Below are positions 1 to 14,390 of a stretch of 62,000 nt of DNA, piece after piece. The position numbers were made by a program, and so were the translations under genes. This DNA is from Octopus vulgaris. Its lineage: Eukaryota. The first letter of the stretch is position 1, and each line of letters begins with the position of its first letter. The notes below the pieces were generated by a model that was given only the letters and a program-made list of their open reading frames with translations, ran no database searches and was not told where the DNA came from. The stretch is taken from positions 25,192,001-25,254,000 of the forward strand of contig OX597819.1 of NCBI GenBank assembly GCA_951406725.2, read 5' to 3'.

Positions 1-257
1 TTCCTAACACTAGCTGAATGATAACTAAGTTATTTTACTAAATACTTTGTTATACTTAAAATAATTGAAAGAAACACAGAGCATCTCAAAATAAATACAG
101 TAACGAAAGGGTTAATTTGTTTCCACTATTCTAGTGTGTTTCTTATTCAATTTTCCTTTTTCTCTTTTATTCTATTCTCTTCTATTTCTTATTCTATATT
201 CTCTGCTTCTATTGCATCTCTTCTCACACCAAGTCTCATCGTTTTCCGTACTTACAG

Positions 258-500
258 CCAAAGTAAAAGTGGTACCATGGAGCGACTGGGTGAAGACGAA
301 TACAACAAGAGGTGGATACTTTGAGCAGCGCTTCCGTTTTTCGTGCAGCGCACCAGTCCCGGATCGTCACATGATCCGAGCAAAGCACATGAAAAGCCAA
401 GTGCGTTTCTGCTTAAACAATGGAGTGTGTCACAACTCAGGTGAGCTTCGCAATCCTGTCGACATATACACGCCCGTAGATCGAGTCCTTCGCAAGTACT
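258..500 (+). CDS. Sema5: Semaphorin-5-like internal exon encoding the atypical TSP1 repeat (PWSDWVKTNTTRGGYFEQRFRFSC...RFC); donor either after 440 or after 500
   Basis: Pyrimidine tract plus cttacag acceptor ending at 257. Peptide matches the class-5 semaphorin motif PWxxW..N.T.GG..EQRFRF.C. Two phase-1 donors: CAG|gtgagc (440/441) and ACT|gtaagt (500/501). Confidence 0.85.
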
Positions 501-3500
501 GTAAGTTCAAAAGGAAACTATTCCGTAAATACTGCAACTGCCGGACACTTGGAGTCTTTCTAGTGTGTCAGAAATGTTCATAGTAGAAGTAGTAGTGGTA
601 CACCTAGCGGTATAAGTGGAGGAAATATAAATACAGACACATAACATGCAAACAACAACAAACAAACAAACAAACAAAAAGAAAATAAGTAACAAACAAA
701 TATATATTAATGTGATTGTGAATAACTAAGAAATTTTACATGTATACACCCACCTACATACATGCATACACACCATGCACACACATGCAAGTCCTCCTAT
801 ACACTCACCAAGGCGTATACATTGCATTACATGTGTAAAGTGTATGGCTTGGTTTGTTATATAAATATAATTATATATACCCATGTATATATTTCTAAGA
901 TATAATATGTCTATAAGTAACATATATATATAACATATTTATATATGTATATGTACATACACTTGTATTATCCATATATTCATATGCGTGTGTGGATATT
1001 TTGTACTATCCATATATTCATATGTGTGTGTGGATATTTTGAATTGAAGGAAAGAGAGATATTGTACTGCATGTAATTTTTTGTGTTTGCATTTTCTTCC
1101 CCACCATATACAATTTTCCCCCTTGACCCACTGGCTCTCCAGTTTTATTACATACTTGTTTGTTCACCTTTCACCACCAACACCAACAACCACCACCACC
1201 ATCGATTTTTACTATGGTTTTTAATATTTACTTCTCCTGTCAATCCTTGAAACCACCTTGACCATTTCCATCATCACTATCACCACCACCACCACCATGA
1301 CCACCACTGTATTTGTCTCATTGCTACAACCACAACCACCAACACTGTCACCTCTTATAAATATCAAAATCAAAGTTAGCTACTTTGTGGGTCTTCTATC
1401 ACTGCTTTAACAAGCATGGGAGACAACTCTGGACATGTTTCTCTTTTGTTATAGGCTCATCAGCAAAGTGTAGCCAATACTGTATTTACGAAAACAATGA
1501 AAACAATATTGTTTTATTTTCTCACTGTATAATTATTTCTGGTTAACATATTTAGTGTTCTGTACATTAGATATATTAACACACTATTTTAACTGCTGTT
1601 ATTTTTCATATGGAGGCATACCTGAATTATTTATTCTCTAGACAATTATAGATGCCTTTGACATGTATCTCTACTCTTGCAACCCCAATACCCAATGTAG
1701 ACATCATAATTAAATGAAAAAAGAATAATGTAAAGGACAAAAATAAATCCAAGGATGATCAAATTTGTTTGAAAATGAAGAAAGTTGAAAAGGGGCAAAC
1801 AGTTGCATGATGGGAAGAAGTAGTGAGTAAATAAAGTATAGATGTAAACAGTAAATTCTGGTTGAATGTTTGGTAGATAGAATGATAGTCATGCGAATAG
1901 TTTTTTTTTTTGTTTTTTGTAAACTGCATGAAGTGCATATATAATAATTTATTGTTGCAATTATACTTTCTATTTTCGTTATTATTCTTGTCATTATTAC
2001 CATCCATTATTTTCATTAACACCACCATCATCAATATCATTATCATTATCTGGATTGGCAGAAATAGTTGAGCACCAGACAAAATACCTTGTATTGGGGT
2101 TCATTTTCTTATCTTGACAAGCTCAATTTTTACCCTTCATCCATCTACAACCAATGAATTTAGTGCTGTTTAAATACCGAAGTTAATTTTATTGGTTGTA
2201 TCTTCTTTTAAAATTTATAATCTTGTGTCCACGTTGAAAATTATTATTATTGAGAGAAGAAGCAACATTATCGTTCATCCTTTTAAAGCTGATAAAATAA
2301 AATACGAGCCACACATTGGGATCAATCTAATTACTATAATCTTCATCTGAATTTGTGGCTGAATATGTGCCCATTATAGAAATTAAAGTACCTGATATTT
2401 GATTTTAAGTGTTGTAATCATTATAGTAAATTACTGGGCAACCCTCTTTGCCTTGCCACAATTTTGTTAAGTCTTGTTAAAAAGGCATCCTCATTACTTG
2501 TATCATTATAAGTATTTGTCAACATTATAACGTGCTATTACTGTTGTCATCATCATTATTATCATTATTAATGATAATTTCATGCCATCTATTTCATACT
2601 TTGATATTATGTATGTATTGTATTTTGGTATGTTTATCACCACCACAACCAGTACCACCATCATCAGCATCATTATGATGGTCCCCGTTTTCCTTGTTAG
2701 TCTACTTTTAGCATGTTCTTATATTGTGTATCTTTCTACAACATAGATTATTTATGTATATACTTACTGTTTGCTGACACAGTTGGTTTTCTACTGCTTC
2801 ACTTTACATTTAAAGTACCTGTTTGGTTTAATTTTATTTAACTTTCAGGATCTAATAAAAAAAATCTGCATTTAGCATATGGATTAGTTTTTCCTTTAAC
2901 TACAATGACAACGAGACTATTAATAACTGTTTCCGATTTAGGTGCAAGGCCAGCAATTTTGAGGCAGGTGGTAGTTAGTCAATTATATCAGCCCCAGTTC
3001 TTGGCTGGTACTTCATTTTATCATTCTCAAAAGGATGAAAGACAAAGTTAACTCTGACAGGATTTCAACTCAGAATGTAAAGAACCAGAACAGATATCAC
3101 TAACTTAATGATAATAATAATAATAATAATAATAATGATGATGATGATAATTCATTATTACTACAAGGGCAACAAATGAAGATACATAATAGGATAGAGT
3201 ATATAAAGTGAAAGGGATAGGATTTACATTGAAATGGAATGAAATGAAAAATTGACTGTATGAAGGGTATAAAATCTGATAATGTCCCTGAGGAGAACCA
3301 TCACTTAGGGCCATTCAAGGAAACCCAGAGATCCAGGATTACCTTGACTATTAAGGGTAAGTGTGCTCTCCAATCTGTACTCCCTGGCATACAGATGCAT
3401 GCTGAATGTAGGTTGAGTACAGCTACAACCATAATAATAATATTAATAATATTAATAATAATGGTAATGATATTAATAATTATTCCTAATATAGGTACAA

Positions 3501-3615
3501 AGCCAACAATCTGGGGGAAAGGGTCAGTTGGTTAACTGACCTTGTGTTACTTCACTGACACCTTACTTTTAAGTATTGGAGTTGAGTTAATTGACTTACC
3601 CAGAAATTTTCTCTC

Positions 3616-3647
<32 letters not shown>

Positions 3648-4667
3648 GAAGATGATGTAAAATTATTGTTGTGGTAATTGCTGTGGTGTGCCGATTGTAT
3701 GACTTAGTTCCGATTTTCATTTAGAACTATTTTGTGTTGTTGGTGCTTTTTAGGGAAGCATGAAAGTCAAAACTTATCATTTTAACCTTTCCCATGAATA
3801 TATAAGGCTTGTGAAATTTATATGTAAAAAAAACAAAAAGAACAAAACAAAACAAACAAATGAAACAAAACGATTTACTTTTACTAATATTATTAATAAT
3901 AATAATAATAATAATCCTTATAATAATGATATAATGATGCTGATTTTGTGGAATCAGAAAGTAACTTATAAAATCCTATGGTATATTTAGGTGCCCCTCT
4001 TTATGCTCTGATTTGAAATTCTACCAAAATCAACTATTCCTCTCATCCTTCTTGAAGTTGATAAAATAAAATACAAGTAGTGTACTGAGTTTGGAATCCT
4101 GCCATCCAGTTTAATGCCACCACCTGATTGGATACCTTGAGCAGAATCCACTGTTACAAGCTTTGGACCCTGTCCCTGGTGTTAAGGAAACCCTATAAGC
4201 TGTGATTTGCTTTTCTTCTTTTCTCTCCCAGTCGTCTTGGAGGCTGTGAAAAATGTCATGAGTGCTCTCCTGGTGGCATATTGCTTAAGAGGTGTTTGTC
4301 TCATGATTATGATTAGAGGGTTGTGTGTTCAGTTTATGGACTGGGTATCATGTTGTGTCCTTGAGCAAAACATTTCATTTCAATTAGCTTCAGTCTAATC
4401 ATCTGAGAATGAGTTACCAGCTGAATGAATGTTGACACAACCCTCTCACCTTTCATCTGTCATGTCCTGGGTGTTCCCCTGGACCAAGAATTGAGGTACT
4501 GAGAAGGTGTCCATGTCTGCTTGTGAGTACAAAAGCAACTGTGGTACATGCTGTCTAGTCATGCTTGCTCACAAAAGACAGCTGACTGTACTTGTAATTC
4601 TTGTCTTTTACAAGGATGACTTCGTGCACATAGTCGAACCAGTCTACTTACAGCAGATTTGTAGTTC

Positions 4668-4702
<35 letters not shown>

Positions 4703-4873
4703 CTTGTGAAAATTGTTAAAATCTCATCCTTAATCATTATTTGCTGCTGCTAATGCAATTCTGTTAGGATGAGTCATTAAATTTAAGAGAGACTCTCTTG
4801 AATATGTTTTCCTTTTTAATTGCTGCTATTATAATTTTGATCATCATCATCATCATCATTATTATAATCATCA

Positions 4874-5255
4874 GTGGAGGCGCAATGGCCCAGTGGTTAG
4901 GGCAGCGGACTCGCAGTCATAGGATCGTGGTTTCGATTCCCAGACCGGGCTTTGTGAGTGTTTATTGAGCGAAAACACCTAAAGCTCCACGAGGCTCCGG
5001 CAGGGGATGGTAGTGATCCCTGCTGTACTCTTTCACCACAACTTTCTCTCACTCTTACTTCCTGTTTCTGTTGTACCTGTATTTCAAAGGGCTGGCCTTG
5101 TCACTCTCTGTGTCACGCTGAATATCCCCAAGAACTATGTTAAGGGTACACATGTCTGTAGAGTGCTCAACCACTTACACGTTAATTTCATGAGCAGGCT
5201 GTTCCATTGATTCAGATCAACCGGAACCCTTGTCGTCGTAACCGTTATAACCCAT
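4874..5255 (+). mobile_element. tRNA-derived SINE, head family A, tail type 1
   Basis: tggaggcgcaatggcccagtggttagggcagcg..ggtttcgattccc tRNA-like head; 13-bp TSD attataatcatca. Confidence 0.85.
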
Positions 5256-5984
5256 ATTATAATCATCATCTTGTTATAGATGTCATTGCCATCAACATCT
5301 CTATCATCACCTTTACCATTGTGGTCATCATGTTTATCAAATAGTTGTCATGGATGTGCTTGTAGTGGTAGCACTAATAATTCAAGGATTTGAAATGGAT
5401 TATCTTCATTATGAGTTTTGTATTAATTGTTATTGAGATTAAAACCATTCTTACTATGTCAGGAAATTAACTCGACTATGCCAGTCCATATAAAAATATA
5501 AATCCATTATATCTATGTTACAGTTAGTCATTATTGAAAGGAGTAATAAAATAATAAGTTTATTGTTGACCCTTTTGGAATTGATTAATTAAAATACCAG
5601 CCAAATACTGACATCACATACATGTCCCTCCAAAATTTCAATCTTTGTTGTTGTTGTTGTTGTTTTTATTATTATTTCTCTGTCTTTACGTTCTAAGTTC
5701 AAATTCTGCTGAAGTCGACTTTGCTTTCATCGTTTTAGAGTTGATGTAAAAGTACCAGTTGAGCACTGGAGTTGATATAATCAAATAGTGCCCCACCCCC
5801 ATCCCCAATTCAGGCCTTGTGCCTATAGCATAAAAGATTATTATTATTATTATTATTATTATTTGATGAAAACTCTCAGTTTATTTTGTTGGGTACGGTA
5901 GAAAGTGTAAGCTGTCTACAGCCAACAGACTAAGGTAACACTTGTTTACTGGTCATGCTTCAAGAATCTTGAGAATTATTGCTA

Positions 5985-6051
<67 letters not shown>

Positions 6052-7416
6052 GCTGGTGAGCTGGCTACATAGTTAGCATGTTGGAAAAAATGCTCTACTT
6101 ATACTTCTTCCAGCTCTTTACATTCTGAGTTCAAATCCTGGGAAGGTTAACTTTACCTTTCATCCCTCAAAGGTTGATAGCATAAGTACCAGTCAAGTGC
6201 TGGAGTCACTGTAATCAACTCTCCCCCCCACCTCTCAAAATTGCTGGCCTTGTTTAAAAAACTAGAAAAAATTATTATCTGTCATCATGATCACTATGTG
6301 AATCACCATTATTATTACTACTTCCTCAGTTTAGTCAGTTCTCAAAGTGATAAATACCTGGCCTCCTTTAAAATATCAATGAAATTTGTCTTTAGTCTCA
6401 CTTAAAACTTTTTATTAAGCAGAAGACAAATGTGCTTTACATCCATATAATTCTTCTTTGTTTGCTACAATGAGGACAAATTTAACCTCAGAAATGGTTT
6501 TAAGCTTGAAAAGTTTTTAAGTCATCTTAGTTTTATTAAACAGGCATAAGTGTGGTTGTGTGGTAAAAAGTTTGCTTCACAACCACATGGTTTTGAGCTC
6601 AGTCTCACTGTGTGGCACCTGGGGCAAGTATCTTCTACTATAGCCCTGGATCAACCAAATCCTTGTGAGTAGATTTGGTTGACAGAAACAGAAAGAAGCC
6701 TATTGTATATATAACCCATGCCAGCATGGAAGGCGGACATAAAACAATGATGATGATATGTATACATCTAAATGTGTGTGTTTGTGTTTCTCCTGCACCA
6801 CCACTACAACTGGTGTTTGTTTGTTGACACCCTTCTAATTTAATGTTTCAGAAAAAAAGAAATCAATAGAATAAGTACCAGGCTCAGAAAAAAGAAAAAA
6901 AACAAAGCCTAGGGGCAATTTTTTCAACGAAACCCTTCGAGGTAGTGCCCTAGCATGGCCACAGTCCAGTGACTGAAACTAGTAAAGTATAATAGAGAAA
7001 AAAATGGCAATTTGTGTATGCCATTTGCAAAATGCTACAGCCACCCTCACGCTCATCTCCTATGAGAAACAATGTACATAGTTATTACTGACTAACCCTA
7101 CCCACACATAGGTCATTATAAATAGCATGGCTTGATTACTCTGTATATTTAATGGGTTAAATTGTATTGGTTACTGTGTATTATTGTGTAACTATCTTGT
7201 GAATCCGGATGTAGCTCTATTGCAACAAGTCTTAGTTATTTAATGTGGAAGCTATGATAGGAAAAAAGACTGGAATAGTTACTGTTAGTTACATTTGATA
7301 ACTAGTTAATTACTCGGTGAACTTTACTTTTAAAGCAGTATATTCTTTCATAAGACATTGCCATTGGACTTCAACAATATGACATAACTATAGATAGGTC
7401 TCTTAATTATATGACA

Positions 7417-7823
7417 TACTCTTTACTCTCTTTTACTTGTTTCAGTCATTTTGACTGCGGCCATGCTGGAGCACCGCCTTTTAGTCGAGCAAATCGACCC
7501 CGGGACTTATTCTTTGTAAGCCCAGTGCTTATTCTATCGGTTTCTTTTGCCGAACCGCTAAGTGACGGGGACGTAAACACACCAGCATCGGTTGTCAAAC
7601 ACAGACACACAAACACACACACACATATACACACACATATATATATATATACATATATACGACAGGCTTCTTTCAGTTTCTGTCTACCAAATCCACTCAC
7701 AAGGTATTGGTTGGCCCGGGGCTATAGCAGAAGACACTTGCCCAAGATGCCACGCAGTGGGACTGAATCCGGAACCATGTGGTTGGTTAGCAAGCTACTT
7801 ACCACACAGCCACTCCTGCGCCT
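7417..7823 (-). mobile_element. SINE family B (head ggagtggctgtgtggtaag, internal (TA)n(TG)n, tail aaagagt repeats)
   Basis: Full-length reverse copy. Other copies at ~6541-6990 (+), 25456-25785 (+), 30628-31021 (-), 39414-39735 (+, partial) and 45231-45645 (+). Confidence 0.85.
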
Positions 7824-9095
7824 ATCATTTTTATAAAATATTGTATTGATTGAATAGAGAATCACTGTCTGTTATAAGTCTGTTTATTGTAGCACTAGGA
7901 TGGTTCAAGAAACTTATTTAACCTATCTGTTTAGTTTAGTATATTCTTGTTAATAATGATGGTGATTATAGTAATAGTAGTGATCGTAATTGTAACAAAA
8001 ATGGTAATGGTATGAGCGATATAGTGGTTAGGAAGGTGGTGGTGGTGGTATTCTGTTTGTGGTGGTTATGAGAACACATAATAATAATAATAATAATAAT
8101 AACAATAATAATAATAATAATAATAATAATAGAAGTGGTGGTTTTGGAGGTGTCAGTAGTTATTCATTGCTTTTGTTGTTGGTGTTATTGTTGGTGTGGC
8201 ATATATTTGTAAGTATCAACATGGTGGGTGTTGGGGGTTGAATATGAATCATAAAAAACAATATGGAAATCATGAATTATCTGTAACTGGTTAGCATCAT
8301 GTACTGCAAGGCTTATAATTGTGTAGTATGGAAGGAAGCAATGGATATGTGTGTGTATGTGTTCATTAGTTTGTTGAAGTCATCATGGCTAAGGTCATGT
8401 TGGACTAGCTCTCTCAGTGTATGTGTGTGTATGTATATTTGTCTACAGACACTATTATGTATGAGAGATACATTTTTAAGGTTCAAGAATTAAACTCAGA
8501 CTCTGACTTTCATTCACTCTCACCTATTCACGAGCAAAGTTCTTGAAAGATCTTCTTCAAACGACAAGAGAAATAACACATTTCACGAGGAATCTCAACC
8601 AAATATGAGGGCCACTGGTTTCATTAACAGGTTCAGTTAAGTAAAAGATTCATAATACTGGAAATTGGTGTTGGTGGTGTTGGTGTCGATGTTGGTTGTG
8701 AAGGGGAAGATGCCAGTTATTATTTCTAGTTAAGGGTTCGTGCTTGCTGAGAACTGACCAATGGAGTGGCTCTATTTTATATACTTCTGTTCAGTTTGCA
8801 GGCAACATTATCACTCTGAACATCATATGTTTGTTTGTTTGTTTGTTTATATCTATGTCTGCATGTGTGTGTGTATGTGTGTATATATGCATATATGTAT
8901 AATATAATGTAATTAGTGTATTGGTCCACCTAAATGTAATAATAGCTATTAATGTACAAAAATGTGAAAAAAAATTTAACATATCTATATAAATATTTAT
9001 ATATACATGTATAGATATATTCTCCACACACACACACACACACATACATATGAACATATACATGCTTTCTTGCTGCATATATTATAAAAGTCATG

Positions 9096-9129
<34 letters not shown>

Positions 9130-9399
9130 TACATGCACATGCATATATAAACACATAAATATTCATCCTATTGGATTCATTCATACAATGCATATGCATA
9201 TATTGACACGGACAAAAATCTCGATGCGTCAATGTTAGAAATATACCTGAATTATAGAATATTGATAATGCATAGATATTTGAACTGTTAAAAACACATA
9301 CACGCACACATATGTACATTTACTCATACACACATATATTTATATTTATGTGCTTTTACACAAACACACACATATACTTAGAGATATTCTGATATACAT

Positions 9400-10068
9400 A
9401 TGTACACCTTATATATATACATATATATATCTATATATGAATATATACATATATATATATATCCATAAGTATATTTGTATGTATATATATATATATAGAT
9501 ATATATGTATATATATTTATATATATATATACATATATATGTATATATATACTTATATATATACATATATACGTATATATATTTAAATATATATACATAT
9601 ATATCTATATACTTATATATATATATATCTATATCTATATATATCTATATACATATAGATATATTATACATATATACATATATATATATACATACAAATA
9701 TACTTATGGATATATATATACATACATACAAATATACTTATGGATATATATATATATGTATATATTCATATATAGATATATATATGTATATATACATTAA
9801 TATATATATGTATATATGTATGTGTATACATATGTATGTATATGTATATATTCATATATAGATATATATATGTATATATACATTCATATATATATATGTA
9901 TGTGTATATATATGTATGTATATGTATCTATTCATATATAGATATATATATATGTATGCGTATATATATGTATGTATATGTATATATTTTTATTTATATA
10001 TACATATATATATATACACACATATATATTTATATGTATGCACACTCACATGTGTGTATATATACATG

Positions 10069-10130
<62 letters not shown>
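9400..10130. repeat. Compound (AT)n/(AC)n microsatellite field; similar fields at ~41780-41975, 48600-49300, 53460-54050 and 58560-58830
   Basis: Direct reading. Confidence 0.9.
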
Positions 10131-10131
<1 letters not shown>

Positions 10132-11974
10132 ACACATATACACAAATATTTATATAATAAGGATGTACCACTTACAAATGACTCTATAAATTAACTATGA
10201 TATTATTATATAGATCATCCCTATCGACTTTCTAGTTTTGTTCTATGCTCCTTGCTGTAAACTAAAAACAGCAACAAAATCATGTCATGTACAATTAAAA
10301 TATATAACAACAGCAACAACAACAAAAACAATTGTAAGAATGAAAATGACAAAAATGAACAAATAAATGAATGCAAGAAAGAACAATGAAAAAAATTATC
10401 CAAAAGAGACTTGGTTTGGATTGAACCTCCTTGACTTGCAAAAGTATTTTGGAAAATATCCACTCACTTTTGCATCATACCACAAAATTCTACAAGAATT
10501 TACATGGAATTTACATGGCTTATAGACTTTCCTATTGGATTTACTAAAAAAAAAAAAGAAAAAAAGAAATATTCTACAGACAATAATTGCAAACAGAAAT
10601 GGAAATTATCGATCAATACTCTTCTGTATTTATTATTATTATCATCATCAACATTATTATTATTATTATTATTATGGTGATCATGAATTTGTGTTATTCT
10701 TGAGTAATAAAAATTATGTACAGTCAGTCCTAAGGATGGAAGAATTTCTTTATCCAATTTTAGTTCTTGGAGATGGTCATAATTCTGTTTTTTGTTTTGC
10801 TCTCAATTATGCAATGACAACAGAACAGTTTTCAAATATTTCTTTTTGTAATTTTTTTTCCATTCTGGATGCTGCCTGAGCTTATTTAGCAATCAGGCTC
10901 AGCACATTACTGGTTGGTTCTATACTTAGGTATTGTTACTCTTGATAACTGTCTTTACTTTTAATAACCAATGGGTCATTGTGATTTCTAGTGAATACCT
11001 TTGCTGATAAAACAACAATAAGCTTGTATGTAATTTCAACTTCTTATCAGAATCTCCTGTTGTTAAAAAAATGGAAAACATAAACAAAAAAAAACAAGAA
11101 AAAAAAAAAACCGAAATACTAAAACATGTATGGGACAAAAAATGATGCTAAAGTGGAGAGGAAAAATGAATCACAAAAACAAAACGAGAAAAAAACATGA
11201 GTAATAATAATGATAATTAATAATGATAATTATAAGAGAAATAATGAGAAGACATTCAAGAAATTTTGGGATTTCAAATGAACAAATGTTTGTGAATATT
11301 TTTTTGGTATTTTTTTTACCTTGTCTTTTTTTTTGTCTCCTATTTTTATTGAAAATTTACAGAGAGTATTCGACATACACGCATAAATGAACACAACACA
11401 TATCCCAATAATATAATAATACAGCCAAAATACTCTCTAAGCTTTTAAAAGACAATTATAATATATCTTGAGAGGTAATATATCATGAAAGACTGGATAA
11501 AAAAACATGCATTATACAGTTTTACTTAATGTATAAATTATAATTATGATTATTAATTTTATTATTATTATTAATATGATTTTTATTCTAAAAACTGCTG
11601 CCTTGTTTTGAATCCAAGACTGCTGTTTTGTATATTGTTTTCCTTAATTTGTTTTGTTTTGTTGCATTTTCATTTTTTTTTTTAATGGTAATTCTTCTCT
11701 AGATAAATTGCAATAAACATAAAATTCATTACTTGGTGTTGTGATGGATAAACAACTAAAATCTTAGAAAAAAGAAAAAAAATTGAAATGAAGGAAAAGT
11801 GTGTGTATGTGACAATATAACCACAGGACTGAAAATCTGAAAATGTGAAATCTGTAAAACAATCTTCGTAGTAATAGTATGAATTAAGTTTAGGAACCCT
11901 GGTGGAAGGATACACTTGCTTCTAATATATACATACATACATATATATAATACATAATATATATGTATATACAG

Positions 11975-12014
<40 letters not shown>

Positions 12015-12230
12015 TTTTATTAATATTTAGCAGAAGCAACAGAGTGACTCAGAGGCCAAGGGTTTCGTGTGTTGGCACACAAGAAAATCTTAGACCTTCA
12101 GTCACTATGTTGCTTCGGTTAAATATAAATAAAAATATACACTTACTCATATTTTTCCTGTTTGTACCAACATACCTACATACATATATATATATTTATA
12201 TATATGTACTTGTGTGTGTATGCACATACA

Positions 12231-12269
<39 letters not shown>

Positions 12270-13929
12270 GTGTGTGTGTGTGTATGTTTGTATATATGTA
12301 CACTCAAACTATGTATCTAACAGCAAAAGAAGTAGGCCCCAATAACATGTAGAAAGTGAGTATTGGATATATATATATATATATATATTTGCGTCTGGTT
12401 GAACATGGGACCGTATCATTTCATAGATGTTTCTGGATTGACACTGATATGAATTGTAATGAAAAGTACTCAATACTCTTAAACTAAGTAGAAGAACTTC
12501 TGTTCAGATTCATGTCAGTATGAGTGGCTACTCAGAGTCTCTTGTTTGCATTTCTTTGACAATGAATGGGAGCAAGAACTTTGGGTAGTGACTTATGTAG
12601 ATTCAATTTTGAAAGGGCATCCTTCCCATAAATATGTGAGTACATAGATATACACACAAACATATGCACAGTCTTTGATTAACATCGTTTATAATACTGT
12701 TCAAAGAAAGCGTTATTAAGGATGATATGGAAAAGCTGATATACTTACATCCTAAAATAAATATGCATATATACTAAATATGTATACATACTGTGTGTGT
12801 ATGTGTATGTATACTAGAATAAAATGATATGGAATGAAAGCACTGTACATCACACTGCTGTGTATATTTAAGCAAAGCAGATTAATATTCTACCACTAGA
12901 TTTATTACTTATTTTTCCATGATGCATGAAGAAAGGTATTATTAACTACAGATCACCAAAAAGGCAATCACTGTATTTCTGAAAGCAAGTATATCATTGA
13001 TTTTAGAATTTCTGTTCAATGTTTAAATTGTTTACCAAAATGACATCAGTGAAAGCCACCCCCACCCCAACCACCACACACACATACATTTTCTCTGTGT
13101 GTCTCACACACACTCTTACATTGAGCTTCTAGATAGTTTTATCTATTTCATTGTACTTGCTAAGTATTTTTCAATTTGAGGGTTTTGTAAAGACACTGGC
13201 TCAAATTCTCTGTGGTGGGATCGAACCCAGAGCTAAGTGGTTGTGGAGTAAACTTCTTAACCAAGTCATGCATGCATCTGCAACTTGATTTGTTCATCAT
13301 GCAGTTATAGTCTATAGAAATAGTTTGGACAAATATTTTTTTAAAAATAGAATTAATCAAGGACTTGTAAATGAGTATGTGCTAGTATATACGTAATTCT
13401 ATGTGTGTGCCCATAAGGATTGTTTAAAAAGATGGTTAAAGAATTGGTCTACCAGATCTAGGGTGAAGAATTTGTGTTAACTGTTAATGTTTCATTGTGT
13501 TACAGAGCAAACACACTTTTAAATCTTTTAGCATTTTTTGATAAGTTAATGAAAGGAGGGTGAAGAGCCATGGTCATTATCTATGCAGACCCTTCCAGTT
13601 TTATTAGATTGATATGGCTGATGTCCAGGCTCAGTGTCTGCAGCTCAGTCCCCCTCCCCAAAAACAGAAACAAACAGAAGTGTTGGGAGGAAAGCAGTGA
13701 TAGGAAAGGGCATGTTTCAAATACTTGTAAGAGCATGAAGTCCTCTAAAGATACTGCTCAACTTGCTTAACTCTAGTGAAGAAATAACAGATTTTTTGGT
13801 GGGTGGGGGGAATATTAACTAATACACTGATGTCCTATCTTTTATGTTTGCCTGACATATTTCCTTTTTGCTTTGAAAATATTTAATTGGATGAGAAAAT
13901 TCATTATTGTAAAATGTCAATGTATCTGC

Positions 13930-14390
13930 TTCACAGCTGAGTTGCTAGACAGTGAAATAAGATACTAGTAATGCACACATAGGTTCACAGATGTGTGGCT
14001 AGGCAAAGGAAGAGGTTCATAACAATGTGCACATGGCTTCATAGTTGAGTGGCTAGACATAGGGACAGGAGTCTAGTGGTGTGTACAGGTTCACAGCAGA
14101 GTAACTAGGCATAGCAACAGGACCCTAGCAGTGTATATATAACTTCACAGTTGAGCTGGTTAGACATAGTAATGGGATTCTAGTAGTGTGTACATAGTTT
14201 CACAGCTGACTGATTAGGCATAGGAAGATATAGGCAGTGTATCCACCTGTTCACAATTGAATAACTGGGGAAGAGGGTACTAGTAGTGTATAATAATTTC
14301 ACAGTTGAGTAGCTATTCATAACAACAAGATCTAACTGTATATGCATATATAAGTGTGGCTTCACAGTTGAATGGCTAGACATAGAAAGA
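13930..14390. repeat. Old degenerate ~53-bp minisatellite, ~9 units
   Basis: ttcacag(t/c)tga..ctag(a/g)catag recurs at 13930, 13984, 14038, 14090, 14144, 14199, 14250, 14298 and 14361. Confidence 0.75.

Noticed and set aside
4232-4320. Strong pyrimidine tract and AG followed by a Cys-containing frame
   Set aside because: The frames stop quickly, with no WxxW motif and no in-frame donor.
4874-4960. tRNA gene calls at SINE heads (also 16717, 18571, 27251, 38141)
   Set aside because: They continue into SINE bodies with TSDs and lack a complete cloverleaf.
7411-7849. Recurring ORFs such as FSHFDCGHAGAPP and DTCPRCHAVGLNP (also at 25.7, 30.6, 45.3 and 54-56 kb)
   Set aside because: Chance translations of SINE family B copies.
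8495-8640. Short coding-looking frame (HLFTSKVLERSSSNDKR..)
   Set aside because: Only about 45 codons, with no convincing splice pair and no recognisable homology.
12508-12635. Possible extra exon (DSCQYEWLLRVSCLHFFDNEWEQELW..) with ag/gtgagt borders
   Set aside because: No TSP1 or semaphorin similarity, and its phase 1-0 would shift the frame of the next exon.
13930-14390. CRISPR-like repeat-spacer pattern
   Set aside because: The variable parts are homologous to each other and the conserved parts are short and degenerate; eukaryotic intron.
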